Source: the human T2T-CHM13v2.0 reference genome, Homo sapiens. From it: a DNA stretch of 64,000 bases. Both the position numbers and the translations under genes were made by a program. Where the stretch lies: NCBI RefSeq assembly GCF_009914755.1, contig NC_060933.1; one strand, 5' to 3'. This document shows, piece by piece, positions 1 through 14,320 of this stretch. A model generated the notes under the pieces. The model had not been told where the DNA came from and did no database searches. It saw nothing but the letters and a program-made list of their open reading frames with translations. Position 1 is the first letter of the stretch. Every line of letters begins with the position of its first letter.

Positions 1-443
1 ATTGTCAAGGGTATCATGCACAGCAATGGAAGAACTGGCAATTGAATCATGGTCTCCCATCTCACGTGGTCTCCAACTTACTTTATGGACTTCTAATTTA
101 AAATCTTTCTTTTAAACTCTTCAGTTTTAAAAGAGGGTGGGGGGAATGAACACTAAAATCCTACCAAGGTAAAAAAAACAAAAATCCTAGTGCAGTAATA
201 ATTCTTACCATTATATTCAAATCAACAAGAAGCAATGAAATACTCACCCAACCATCTGATCTTCACTTACAAAAAACTTAACTTCAGTGTTATAATTTCT
301 TACAAATTATGCATAGTTACTAAATTGGTAATTATATTATATAAAAGTATTTTTTAATCCAACCAAATCTATTTCTCCTGCATATCGAACACAACTTTGT
401 ACAGCTCCTCATACAGAGCAAGCCTTCAAAAAACCCTGCTATT

Positions 444-741
444 GCCGGGCGCGGTGGCTCAAGTCTGTAATCCCAGCACTTTGGGAGGCCAAGGCGGGCG
501 GATTACGAGGTCAGGAGATCGAGACCATCCTGGCTAACACGGTAAAACCCTGTCTCTACTAAAAATGCAAAAAAAAATTAGCCGGGCATGGTGGCGGGTG
601 CCTGTAGTCCCAGCTACTCAGGAGGCTGAGGCAGGAGAATGGCGTGCCCGGCAAGCAGAGCTTGCAGTGAGCCAAGATCGCGCCACTGCACTCCAGCCTG
701 GGTGACACAGCAAGACTCCGTCTCAAAAAAAAAAAAAAAAA
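444..741 (+). mobile_element. AluY
   Basis: Dimeric Alu with Y-type GAGATCGAGACCATCCTGGCTAACACGG and GAGCTTGCAGTG; TSD aaaaaaccctgctatt on both sides. Confidence 0.93.
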
Positions 742-1039
742 CCCTGCTATTTAGCAATATACTATATTGCTCTAATACAAAACTACTTCAACAAACACCA
801 ACACCCATCTCCCCCAAAAAATCCTTGACATTCCTATTTGACTTTTGTCAAGTAAGAAAAAAAAGCCACAAACAGGAAGGCCTACTAAGTATCACAAAAA
901 ATGCCAACTCATCAAAGAAGATTGCCTTCCACCTGTCTTTCCCTTCCGGTTTTCTATTTTGCTTCTGTTACTATTTCTTCCATGACTCTGCAATCCCACG
1001 CACACACCCCTGCTCAGTCCTTCACAGAGTTAACACATT

Positions 1040-1330
1040 CTCATCTGCAGACCTAACCAAATGTCAGTTCCCCAGGGAAATCCTGAATCACCCCCAAAGT
1101 CAGATGAGGTTCCCCATTTAATCGCTTTTGCTCTTTTCCCCCACAGAATTTATCATGCAGAGTATTTATACATTTCGATGTTTTTTTTTTTGGTTCATAT
1201 GCTCCATCCCACTAGACTCTATGCTTCATGCCACCAGTGATAACGACTGCTTTACTCATCACTCTATTCCCAGCTACTAGCAAAATAACCGATACTGTAT
1301 TTAACAAATGGATGTTGAAAAATGAATGAA
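1040..1330 (+). mobile_element. L2 3' fragment
   Basis: actagactctatgcttcatg...aacaaatggatgttgaaaaatgaatgaa resembles the L2 3' end. Confidence 0.6.
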
Positions 1331-1363
1331 CCTGATTTTAGACAGCACAGCAACAGACTAGAT

Positions 1364-1591
1364 CAGCGTCTTTCAAACTGCAGTTCATGACTAGATAAGT
1401 GTTTTCAAAATGTATGAGTTATAACCAGTACTTTTTAAAATGAAAATGAACAAATTATCATAGGAAAAAATAGAAAAGAAAATGTCAGAGTTTACTATGT
1501 GTAGTAAACTATATACAACTAATGTCTCATTCAAATGTATGGACAAACATTTCTAACTATGGGTCATGACTAAAAAGTTTGAAAGCCACTG
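1364..1591. mobile_element. Non-autonomous hAT/Charlie-type DNA transposon (MER-like)
   Basis: TIRs cagcgtctttcaaact / agtttgaaagccactg (14/16 match); degenerate 8-bp flanks gactagat / aactaaat. Confidence 0.65.
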
Positions 1592-2029
1592 AACTAAATG
1601 TCCCAATAAAACTCATCACAATTTCCAGTTAAAATGCTCAAGAAGGTGCACACAAAGACAAAAATTGGCAATAGCACTAAAAATATACGAGGAAAAAGCA
1701 GCCAAAGTCAAGGCATTATTTCCACTAACTACATAGTACAAAAAATGGGTAAGAAGCATGTTCTTGGACCATATGCACAATGCATACCACACCTTTTGAA
1801 CTTCAACAAGATAGATTCTCTAACAAATGTAGAAAAAAATCCTGAGTTGAACTCAGGAAATGCAGAAGATGCAACTGGCCAGATAAATCTGAAGGGCGTA
1901 ATATTAGACTGAACCGTACAAAACTACCATTTTATAGGTCAAGAGCAGTCAAATACCAGCAATCTCATATGATTCAACTTACCAATGAAGATAATGAAAA
2001 TGGCAGCTAATACATTCAGTGTGCTGGGC

Positions 2030-2227
2030 ATCATATATATATATATTTTTATATATATACACACACACATATTTATATATATATTTATATATACATATAT
2101 AATTTTTATATATTTTTATATATACATAATTATATATACATACATATTTTTATATATTTATATATACATAATTATATATATTTATATATATGGGAGTGTG
2201 TGTGTGTGTATATATATACACACACAC
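2030..2227. repeat. (TA)n-rich microsatellite at the L1 tail position
   Basis: Imperfect TA/CA/TG run abutting the L1 3' end. Confidence 0.9.
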
Positions 2228-4853
2228 TTTAAGTTCTGGGATACATGTGCAGGTTTGTTACACAGGTATAAATGTGCCATGGTGGTTTGCTGCACCCATA
2301 AACTCGCCATCTACATTAGGTATTTCTCCTAATGTTATCCCTCCCCTTGTCCCCCACCCCCCAACAGGTCCCAGTGGGTGATGTTCCCCTCCCTGTGCCC
2401 ATATGTTCTCATTGTTCAACTCCCACTTATGAGTGAGAACATGCAGTGTTAGGTTTTCTGTTCTTGTGTTAGTTTGCTGAGAATGATGGTTTCCAGCTTC
2501 ATCCAAGTTCCCACAAAGGACATGAACTCACCTTTTTTATGGCTGCATAGTATTCCACAGTGTATATGTGCCACATTTTCTTTATCCAGTCTATCATTGA
2601 TGGGCATTTGGGTTGGTTTCAAGTCTTTGCTATTGTAAATAGTGCTGCAATAAACATACGTGTGCATGTGTCTTTATAGTAGAATGATTTATAATCCTTT
2701 GGATATATACCCAGTAATGGGATGGCTGGGTCAAATGGTATTTCTGGTTCTAGATCCTTGAAGAATCACCACACTGTCTTCCACAATGGTTGAACTAATT
2801 TACACTCCCACCAACAGTATAAAAGCATTCCTATTTCTCCACATCCTCTCCAGCATCTGTTGATTCCTGACTTTTTAATGATTGCCATTCTAACTGGTGT
2901 GAGATGGTAGCTCATTGTGGTTTGATTTGTATTTCTCTAATGACCAGTGATGATGAGCTTTTTTTCATAAGTCTGTTGGCTGCATAAATGTCTTCTTTTG
3001 AAAAGTGTCTGTTCATATCCTTCGCCCACGTTTTGATGGAGTTCTTTTTTTCTTGTAAATTTGTTTTAAGCTCCTTGTAGATTCTGGATATTAGCCCTTT
3101 GTCAGATGAATAGATTGCAAACATTTTCTCCCACTCTGTAGGTTGCCTGTTCACTCTGATGATAGTTTCTTTTGCTGTGCAGAAGCTCTTTAGTTTAATT
3201 AGATCCCACTTGTCAATTTTGGCTTTGGTTGCAATCACTTTTGGTGTTTTAGTCATGAAGTCTTTGCCCATGCCTGTGTCCTGAATGGTATTGCTTGGGT
3301 TTTCTTTTAGGGTTTTTATGGTTTTAGTTCTTACATTTAAATCTTTAATCCACCTTCAGTTAATTTTTGTATAAGGTGTAAGGAAGGGGTCCAGTTTCAC
3401 TTTTCTACATATGGCTAGCCAGTTTTCCCAACACCATTTATTAAATAGGAAATCCTTTCCCCATTGCTTGTTTTTGTCAGGTTTGTCAAAAATCAGATGG
3501 TTGTATATGTGTGGTATTATTTCTGAGGCCTCTGTTATGTTCCATTGGTCTTTATATCTGTTTTGGTACCAGTAATAGCCTTGTAGTATAGTTTGAAGTC
3601 AGGTAGTGTGATGCCTCCAGCTTTGTTCTTTTTGCTCAGGACTGTCTTGGCTATACGGGCTCTTTTTTAGTTCCATATGAAATTTGAAGTAGTTTTTTCT
3701 AATTCTGTGAAGAAAGTCAATGGTAGCTTGATGGGAATAGCATTGAATCTATAAACTACTTTGGGCAGTAGGGCCATTTTCATGATATTGATTCTTCCTA
3801 TCCATAACATGGAATATTTTTCCATTCATTTGTGTCGTCTCTTGTTTCCTTGAGCACTGGTTTGTAGTTCTCCTTGAAGACATCCTTCACATCCCTTGTA
3901 AGTTGTATTCCTAAGTATTTTATTCTCTTTGTAGCAATTGTGAATGGGAGTTCATTTATGATTTGGCTCTCTGTTCGTCTATTAATGATGTATAGGAATG
4001 CTTGTGATTTTTGCACATTGATTTTGTATCCTGAGGCTTTGCTGAAGTTGCTTATCAGCTTAAGGAGATTTTGGCTGAGACGACAGGGTTTTCTAAATAT
4101 ACAATCATGTCATTTGCAAACAGAGACAATTTGACTTCCTCTCTTCCTGTATGAATATCCTTTATTTTCATCTCTTGCCTGATTGCCCTGGCCAGAACTT
4201 TCAATACTATGTCGAATAGGAGTGGTGAAAGAGGGCATCCTTGTTTTGTGCCAGTTTTCAAAGGGAATGCTTCCAGCTTTTACCCATTCAGTATGATATT
4301 GGCTGTGGGTCTGTCATAAATAGCTCTTATTATCTTGAGATATGTTCCATCAATACCTAGTTTATTGAGTGTTTTTAGCATGAAAGGGTGTTGAATTTTA
4401 TTGAAGGCCTTTTCTGCATCTATTGAGATAATCATGTGGTTTTTGTCATTGGTTCTGTTTATGCGATGGATTACGTTTATTGATTTGTATACACCGAACC
4501 TGCTTTGCATCCCAGGGATGAAGCCAACTTGATTGTGGTGGATAAGCTTTTTAATGTGCTGCTGGATTCAGTTTGCCAGTATTTTATTGAGGATTTTCGC
4601 ATCAATGTTCATCAGGGATATTGGCCTGAAATTTTCTTTTTTTGTTGTGTCTCTGCCAGGTTTTAGTATCAGGATGATGCTGGCCTCATAAAATGGACTA
4701 GGGAGGAGTCCCTCTTTTTCTATTATTTGGAATAGTTTCAGAAGGAATGGTACCAGCTCCTCTTTGTAACTTTGGTGGAATGCAGTTGTGAATCTGTCTG
4801 GTCCTGGGCTTTTTTTGGTTGGTAGGCTATTAATTACTGCCTCAATTTCAGAA
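2228..4853 (-). mobile_element. 5'-truncated L1PA (L1PA7-like): 3'UTR plus disrupted ORF2
   Basis: ORF2 peptides in several short frames (e.g. [26 protein letters not shown]); typical L1PA 3'UTR. Confidence 0.93.
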
Positions 4854-4873
4854 CGCTCCACCCCAAATCAACA

Positions 4874-5173
4874 GGCCAGGTGCGGCGTTCATGCCTGCAA
4901 TCCCAACAGTTTGGGAAGTCAAGGTGAGAGTTCAAGACTAGCCTGGGTAATAAAGCAAGACCCTGTCTCTACCCAAAAAATAAATAAATAAATAAATAAA
5001 TAAATAACCAAACATGGTGGCATGTGCTCACAGTCCCAGCTACTCAGGAAGCTGAAGCAGGAGGATGGTTTGAGCCCAGGAGTTTGAGGCCACAGTGAGC
5101 TATGACTGAGCAACTGAACTCCAGCCTGGGTGACAGAACAAGACATGGTCTTTAAGAAACAAAACAAGAAAAA
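4874..5173 (+). mobile_element. AluJ with (AATA)n-expanded linker
   Basis: GGATGGTTTGAGCCCAGGAGTTTGAGGC J-type right arm. Confidence 0.85.
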
Positions 5174-5239
5174 TATTTTGGGGAAACAGCAGAAAATAAA
5201 AATACAATTTTTTTAAGTCCTGTCCTCATCTAAGAAGTC

Positions 5240-5530
5240 AGAAGAAAAGTGCAATGGAGAAGAAAATATCAGGCAAGCTGGGTAGACAGGAAAGGTCACA
5301 CAATTTTAAATGTAGTGATAGAAAGCCTTAACTCAAAGTTGACCTTTGAGTTAAGACATGAAAATAATGAGAGCAGGCATGTGGATACCTAGGAAAGAAC
5401 GTCCTAGGCAGAAGGACAAAGACCAGGAAACCACAGTCCACTGTGTGGATAAGCTCAAAAATGGAGATCATTTAGAGTAAGGATAGAACTCTGGGAACAT
5501 CAACACTGAAATATGGGCAGAGAAGCACAA
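5240..5530 (-). mobile_element. L2 fragment
   Basis: gacctttgagttaagacatgaaa...gaaagaacgtcctaggcagaagga resembles antisense L2. Confidence 0.55.
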
Positions 5531-5748
5531 GTCCTCAAAAAAAAAAAAAAAAAAAAAAAAAGAAGCAAGCGGAGAAAGGGAATGACTAAACATAATTAGG
5601 TATGTTTAATCAGTCACACACACATTAAATAGTGTGACTAATATGTAGTCATTAGAAATTAAAAATGAAAGATTTTAATGGCCTGTGTACATACTTATGA
5701 TACAAAGGAGAATGCTGTTAAATATTCCGTAAAAGCAAATATTTTTAA

Positions 5749-6031
<283 letters not shown>

Positions 6032-6869
6032 AAGAAAGTCAATCTTAAGTGATGGAACTACACATGAATCCCTGTACATTCCACATATTTTAAAATGAGC
6101 ATATACTGTTTTTTCCTATCAAATTGAAATGAGTATAATTTAAAAGAATCATAATGGCTTAGAAAAAAGAAAACTAAGAATAAACTTGTCTTTTTTCTAT
6201 CTTGCATGCAAAAAGGCATGCCAATAAAATTATCTAAGGTGAAAATAAATTCTTAATTAGAAAAAGACTTTTTTTTTTTTTTTTACCAAGTAAAGGACAA
6301 ACTTGTACTGCATCCTACTTTTTAGTAGGCAACTAAAGCTTAAAATTATTTGATCAGACTTTTAAAACCTCTATGACAAACCTTTACGAGTTTCTCAAAG
6401 CGTGGTCTTTAGGCTACTGAAATTTCCAAAGTTCTTCTGGAAGGTTTACCTTTTATATGACAGCAATATGAGACTCACTGCCACTAGTCCTACAGTAAAT
6501 TAAAACTATATCTGCAACTTCCCCCAGACGTCAAATCACCATCTAATTATTGTAAGGATTTTTTTCCAGATAACAATAGCTGGAATGGGGTGTTTCAGGG
6601 ATTTTTTGTTCACCCCAGTGGGTATTGTTGAAATTTGCACCATTTCCTTCCTATCTCCCCAGGACCACCTATCAAGAGAAGCCATAGTAAACGCTCAACA
6701 AATGCTTGATAACCGATAAAACTACTTTAATCTGCTAAAGAAAAATAACCTAAAGAATTGAAATAAGCCTTGTCCTTGTTAAAATATATCAATCTTTTCA
6801 CTCTAAAAGTGCTCTCCAGCTTATCACACACATTTTACTGGCATTTACTTCTACATTTAGCAATTATGC

Positions 6870-7340
6870 CTGAATACTGCCAACTGACTTCTCAGCTAAA
6901 CTTCAAACTCAAATTGCCAGCCACCAGCTGAAAATCTCTGCCTGCATGGTTTTAGACATGTCTAAAACTAACAAGCCTCACTGCAACAATCATCATGCTC
7001 TCGTGTCCTGTCTGGTAATGGCATCAACATGCCCTTTTTTGTCCACAGTAGTCTCCAGTACCCTTCTACCTCCACAAGCTTCGAGATTGGTCCCACCACT
7101 TCCTGCCACAAACCGTCAATTTCAGGCACTCCTCCCCAAGCCTGTCACTCACTGGGTCTTCCTCATTACTCTTCTGCATGGAATGAGCTCCACAGACCAT
7201 TGAGGCTGGCATCCTGCTGCAAGTCATTTCCCTCCTCTAAGGCTGACTTACCCTCTCCATCCTCAGATATGCAGACAGCTCTTTGTTTGAACCTTGGTTT
7301 ACCGTATTCATCACTACCTACCTGATCTTAATCATTTGAG
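6870..7340 (+). mobile_element. L2 fragment (degenerate)
   Basis: ctcagctaaacttcaaactcaaattgccagc...acatgtctaaaact L2-like motifs. Confidence 0.45.
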
Positions 7341-7420
7341 TCCATGTCGCTCCATGTTCATGAGCTACTCAAGAGCGGGGACCGTACTTTCTTAATTTTT
7401 TTTTAATTTTAGTGTCCTCA

Positions 7421-7853
<433 letters not shown>

Positions 7854-8214
7854 CTAGCCTTTGAACCTTTACTTTTCTGTGCCTAGTCAGAAAGTAAAGC
7901 AAGCAGTTCTCTGTGGAACTACAATAAATAGTGGGTACAGAATGAATGCCTCACTTAGTTGACAATAATCCTTCTCCCCACAATCGTAGTCCAAGAAGGC
8001 AAAGCATCCCCTTAACAAAAGGCAATTCTGTTTCAGTTGTGTTATTCTCTTAGTAAGAACACACCATCCTTATCATATGCTGATTACAGACTTCCAAGGC
8101 GGGGGTCCTCACTGAATACTCCTACAATGAAACCTGCCTATAATGAGTAACTCTACCTATCTTCTCTGCTCCAGAAGTGGTTGAAAGGCCTTTCATTCAG
8201 GCCTTGTTTTCTAC

Positions 8215-8523
8215 CTAACAAAAGGTTCACAGATGCCAAACACGTGCTCCAAAATGCCCCTCCTCCCGTCGTCTGAGACCCAGATGAAGCAGGGTCCTTG
8301 TGGCAATAATATTCTCTGCAATGCTTTTTGTCGTCTTGGTTGTCACACAGCTGGAAATAGTTTTCTTGTTCCCGTTTACAATAGCCAGACATTCATTATC
8401 ACTCTGACAAGAACTCTTGAGTGATGTCATGCTGCACATGCTGCACCAGTTCAAGAAGGGCCCATGCAGGCTCTTCCAGCTTCAAACTTCTCACTCTTGA
8501 TGGCAGCCTCAAGTATAGCCTCT
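8215..8523 (-). other. Putative internal non-coding (5'UTR) exon of the minus-strand gene, ~309 nt
   Basis: Strong acceptor ccattttcttttgctttag at 8524; donor TAG|GTAGAA at 8214 is weaker, so the 3' end is uncertain; unique sequence with no frame open throughout. Confidence 0.6.
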
Positions 8524-8925
8524 CTAAAGCAAAAGAAAATGGAGGCAGGCACAGACAGATACACACACAAACATACATATGAGTATGTATAAACATATCC
8601 ACACTTATCCCACACACACATAAATATACATAAATATTAATTTTTGTAGGTTTGTATAAGTAAAAGGACAACTATGGAAGGCTATGGAACAAACTGATAT
8701 CAGATGGGTAAGGTTAAAGTGGCAGAGAGAGATTTTTACATTTACTTTAGACACATCTATAGTGTTTGAATCATTGCAAAAAAAAATTTTGTAAATGAAT
8801 GCAGCTACCCTCTCCTGGTTGGGATGCATTTTATTGTGTTTGTATCCCTGAGTGACTTCAAGATCATAAGTGAAATACATTAGTGAAGCAAAGCACCATG
8901 ACAGGGTGACTTCAAAATAAGTATT

Positions 8926-9262
8926 AGCCAGATGCGGTGGCTCACAGCTGTCATCCCAACACTTTGGGAGGCCAAGGTGAGAGGATCCCTTGAGCCCAGG
9001 AGTTTGAGAACAGCCTGGGTAATGTAGTGAGAGCCCATTTCTTTAAAAAAAAAAAAAAGAAAAAAAAAAAGAAAAGAAAAAGAAAGAAGAAGAAAGAAAG
9101 AAAAAGAAAAAAAATAGCCAGGCATAGCGGCACACACCTGCGGTCCCAGCTACTTGGAAGGCTGTAGTGGGAGAATAGCTTGAGCCCAGGAGGTCAAAGC
9201 TGCCGTGAGCCAGGATTATGCCACTGCACTCCAAGACCCTATCTCAAATAAATAAAAAATAA
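8926..9262 (+). mobile_element. AluJ with A/(GAAA)n-expanded linker
   Basis: J-type arms; about 70 bp of A-rich sequence at 9044-9114. Confidence 0.87.
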
Positions 9263-9629
9263 GTCTGACTTTCTACAGGCACTAGGTTTGAATTATTCTA
9301 GAAAGCAAACTATATACTGAGCAAAGAATCTCAAACACAAGTTGGGTTAAAAGTAAGAATAGGGAAAATGAGATGGAAGCAAGGCAGGGCTACAGATAAA
9401 ACACAGCTATGTCTATCTCTAGACTTTAAAACAGATAAATCCTAGCAAAATATTTCAAGCATATAAAATGAAAAGGAGATTACCGGGCTCTGTGGTCTCC
9501 TTCCTTAAAAGGGAAAGGCCAACTCACCTCAAAGTATTGAGACTACCTTGGAGAAAATGTTCCTAAAATGGAAGAATAACAAGATACATATGCCTGAGTT
9601 TGAAGGCATTCTAAAAGAACTTCTCTTAC

Positions 9630-10185
9630 TAATGTCATATGATAGAGGGCAAGCTCCATGAGAGAAGGGGTCTGTCCACATCTTGTTTCCTGCAGTGCTA
9701 TCTTCCCAGTACAGGGTGGGTACAAATGCCTACTGAATATGGAAGAAAGAGTAATATAAAGGATTAAGGAACACATAGTAAATGAAAACTAGAATTACCA
9801 ACCAGATATCAGTTCTTATTCTTATTTTCCAGATGTAAAAAGAGAGGCACTTTGACCTACCCAGGAGTAGCGAAACTGGAGATAGAAAGCCTCTTGATCC
9901 CTTTTTTACCTCTTCTAGGCTTGGTTTATCTCCCAGGATCCTTCCAGATCCTAACCTTCCAGGAGCATTCCCTGACCTCCACCACCTCACCGCTGAGGGT
10001 CAAGTGCCCCCGCTTGGTGCTCCCGCAAAGTCTTCTCTCTCATAACACTTGTTACACTGAATTGTAATTATCTGTTAATCGTGTGTAAGCTCCTCCTGGA
10101 GGGTGGGAATCCTGCCTTATTCACACTCACCCCTAGTAAAACTAGCACAAAGCCTGGTATATAGCAGGCAGTCAGTTAAGTGCTC
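9630..10185 (+). mobile_element. L2 3' fragments (two)
   Basis: gcaagctccatgag..., gtaagctcctcctggaggg...gcacaaagcctggtatatagcaggcagtcag. Confidence 0.65.
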
Positions 10186-11190
10186 CTGAGATGGGGGGAA
10201 AAAAAGTTTCCTCTGCCCCTGAACCATTTCTCCCTCCAAAGACCCAGGAATATCCTTCAATTAGAGCAGAATTTCAGAATCAGGGCAGTTAAGGGTTGGT
10301 CAAAGAGAACCACCTAGGCATAGGGGAAGAAAATTTAGTAGAACAGATCGATATAAAGTCTAATCTAGAGCATTGTTTAGACACATAAGTTAATGAATAT
10401 AGGGAAACTTGCTATAACAGGAATGGTTCACAGTAGCAATCTCAGCATAGCAAATCCTAAACTCTAAGAGACATAGCACACATAATGGCCATAATGAACA
10501 AAATTTCCTTCAACCAACAGCTGGAAATCCCACCCATGGCCAGGTATTATTAGTCAAAATTTTTTCTTTTAGAGAAAAATGCTGGTTTTGAAAACATTTT
10601 CCTTTATTTTCATAATACAACAAACACAGCTTGCCCTGCCTCATGCAGGCTTATTGCACGTTTGTTTTAGCACTGGACTAAAGTTAAGGGTCTGCCCTGT
10701 CATTATATCACTTTTTTAAAACAGTATCACAAAAATAAAATAAATTATAACCTAAATCCATGAATGTAGTAAAATAGTTCTCTTTCATTTCTGGAAAAAA
10801 ATAATTACAATTTTACATGGACTTCAGGGTTAAAGTTTCTATAGCACTGATTAGATGACAGGGACATGCAAGTATTAAGACAATATTCTTTGGCCCAGCC
10901 CCACAAGTTGATAATACAACAACAACACTACTTTGAAATCATACTAACCTGCTAAAAAATGCCAAAGAGTTTAAATAAAATCATCACCACCACCATGCCA
11001 CCCCTCCTCCTCTCCTACCAAAAATGTATCCTAAAATAAAGTATACTAACCTTGGGCTTCTCCAACTTAATTAACTTAATTTATTAAACATGCCAAACAT
11101 AAGTTCCCTTGCAGAAGATAAAACAAACTGCTGGGAAGATCATTCATTAAATTGAATTCACAAGGTAATTGAAAGAAATTCAGCCACCTT

Positions 11191-11600
<410 letters not shown>

Positions 11601-12529
11601 TGAAAACCAGTGTATATCCTCCTGTGACACAGAGGTACTGGGGAGCAAGTGTGAACCTATAAAGCTCCTGAATACCTCTCCCAAATGGATCCCACAGAGT
11701 GAAGATAATGAGTTAAATGCTTTAGCTCTAGGGATTTAAAATATATAGAAAGCAAGTTACTTCTACTGGAAGTTAAACTTAAAGAATTCTCATGGTTATG
11801 TCATCTCTCACTGCAGTACCGAGTGTGCTACTTGGCTTCCCTCTCTCCTTCCATCTACTGCCTTGCCCTATCATTTACAGAGGCATTAATGCCGGTTTCA
11901 AACTAATAATAATTCTTTTTCTTCTGTGCTGCAAATACCCAATCACTGTGGTTAAATACCATGTATAACATAAACAGGGTCAAGAATGCCAGCTGCCAGA
12001 AGAGTCATGTTTAAATTAGCATTAACCAGCAAGCCCTTCCCTAAACAAAAAAGAGAGGGGAAAAAAAATGTTTTCTTGGACAGCTCTGTGCCTGCAGAAT
12101 GACTTCAACCCCACATGTTCAAAAGGCTCCACAAGGTCCAGCTATAACACAATAGCATCATTAATTTTTACTAAATTAAATTTCTCAAAAGTATAAAGCA
12201 CTATCAATTTGCGGAGAGTAGGGAGGAAGAAACTACTTATTAGTTTATTCTACAACCTTTATATAATTTGAGTAAACAGGCAATAGTGTCTTAAAACGTA
12301 GCAGCCATAAGTTACACGGATTGTAATGGAATAAAAGCCCAGTCCTCCGTCCATCATCGCACCCCTCACTCTGCCCCAATATGTGTTACTCAGTGTCTTT
12401 CCACATCTTGAGGTTATGTAATACTTCCTCCTTGCCTCCCTATCCCCATGTAGCATAACTCCTTAAAATAACATCAGAGGTCCCCCACAATTTGTCCCTT
12501 CGTAACTTTCCCGCCTTCATCACCCCACA

Positions 12530-12830
12530 CTCTCACTTTGTCTTCATTCCCCCACCATTCATCTTTTAAAAGATATGTTATTCTTCAAGCCACATTTATA
12601 AATTCGTCCCCTGAATCAAAACGTAATTCTCCATTCCCTGGCATGCCAAAGTTCTTGGACTCTACAGCTACCACCCAGTTACACAACACTGCATATACAT
12701 ATTCGGTATGAACCGTGAGGCTCACTGCATCTTTCCCCCCTGTGTTGCAGTTCTTTCTGGAGCTTCCTTTTCACCATCCTTGCATCTACCACATGGAAGG
12801 AATTCAATAATTGTTTGCTGAAATAGAATT
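12530..12830 (+). mobile_element. L2 fragment
   Basis: ggaattcaataattgtttgctgaaa L2 3' end. Confidence 0.45.
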
Positions 12831-12881
12831 ACCTCCTTTTCTCTCAACTTTCTAAGACATCCATAATAGTTTTCCCTAAGA

Positions 12882-13187
<306 letters not shown>

Positions 13188-14242
13188 TAAGAGGGTAACA
13201 TGATATGTAAAAATAAGAAACCAAACAGTAGTATGATGCTGACTTAAGGCCAGAGAAGACTATTGGACTTTAAACCAAGAGCTTATGTTTAAGTTTTTAT
13301 TACATCACAGTTCAGCTTTTACAATAAATAATGTTCCTCAAGGGTGTAGGCATATTGATACCAAAACATCAAAGAAAAGGAAGACAGGCCACACATCAAA
13401 CACAGACATTAAAATCTTGACCTCAAACTAAATTCTGAAAGTTCTGTTATCTGCTGAATACTTGGAGCTTCCCAGTGAAAATGATACAGTGTATTCTGCC
13501 CAGATTGCAACTTTCCATACTAAGCATTTGAAATGATTCTTGGCCCTAAATATCACTTACTTCAGACTGAATGTCACTGTGTATCAAAAACACTGAGCAA
13601 GTGAGATTTTTATTCTTTGAACGTTCCAGTAGGTCACTAATGGAATAGATTCAGTAAAACCTTGCAGCCTACGGTATAATTTGAAACAACAAAAAAATCA
13701 AATCACTTTTTGGAAAATATTAGGTTTGAACAAAAATAGAAGTTTCGAAAGGGCTGCCACTTACATTCTTACCTCTGTTAGTTCTTTCCCATCACTCACA
13801 GGGAGACTGAAATCCATGCTGAGTGCCCACAGACCTGGGCAGGAGCTGTTCCCTTGAGAGACAATGATGCAAATGAGTCAAGTGATGCCTAGTAGAAGTC
13901 AGACTGCAAGGATCACCTTGACCTCACCCTAGTGCATTAGCTAAGCAAACTCACAAGCTTTAAATAATAAAGGTAACAAGAGATTGATCTGAGGTGGGGG
14001 AAGTATTATTGAGTCCCTTGAGGAAAGGAAAAAAAAAAAAAAAAGAGGAAATGAGCTCCCAGCTCAAGAATTTTTCTCCTCCAAGCATCCTCTGTTGCTT
14101 GTTTTCTTCCATCTTCCTGGCCCTCTGGACCTCTCACTTCCCCCTCCTACCTTTTCCTACTGCTCTAACACAATAAGATAACCTCCCACCGGTTTCTCGC
14201 TATTTGGGAAGCTGGAAGGAACAGCAACGATCACCAACCCCT

Positions 14243-14320
14243 TCCATTTTCCGGATGGGGAGACGGAGACCAGGATCTGAGCTGACCCGACTGGCTGAGG
14301 TCGCGCCGCTAGGGGACGTG
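14243..14320 (-). mobile_element. MIR core fragment, CpG-rich
   Basis: ccattttccggatggggagacggag...gaggtcgcgccgctag aligns by eye to antisense MIR ccattttacagatgaggaaactgag...aaggtcacacagctag. Confidence 0.55.

Noticed and set aside
195-400. Minus-strand donor-like motifs (GG|GTGAGT near 248, GTAAGT near 270, GTAAGA near 208)
   Set aside because: No convincing paired acceptor or reading frame, so an exon cannot be supported from sequence alone.
1985-2332. Hydrophobic Ile/Tyr-rich ORF
   Set aside because: Translation of a TA microsatellite.
2228-4861. L1 ORF2 pieces as an active element
   Set aside because: 5'-truncated and frameshifted.
8182-8195. 14-bp palindrome tgaaaggcctttca near the exon donor
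   Set aside because: One such palindrome in 64 kb is within chance expectation.
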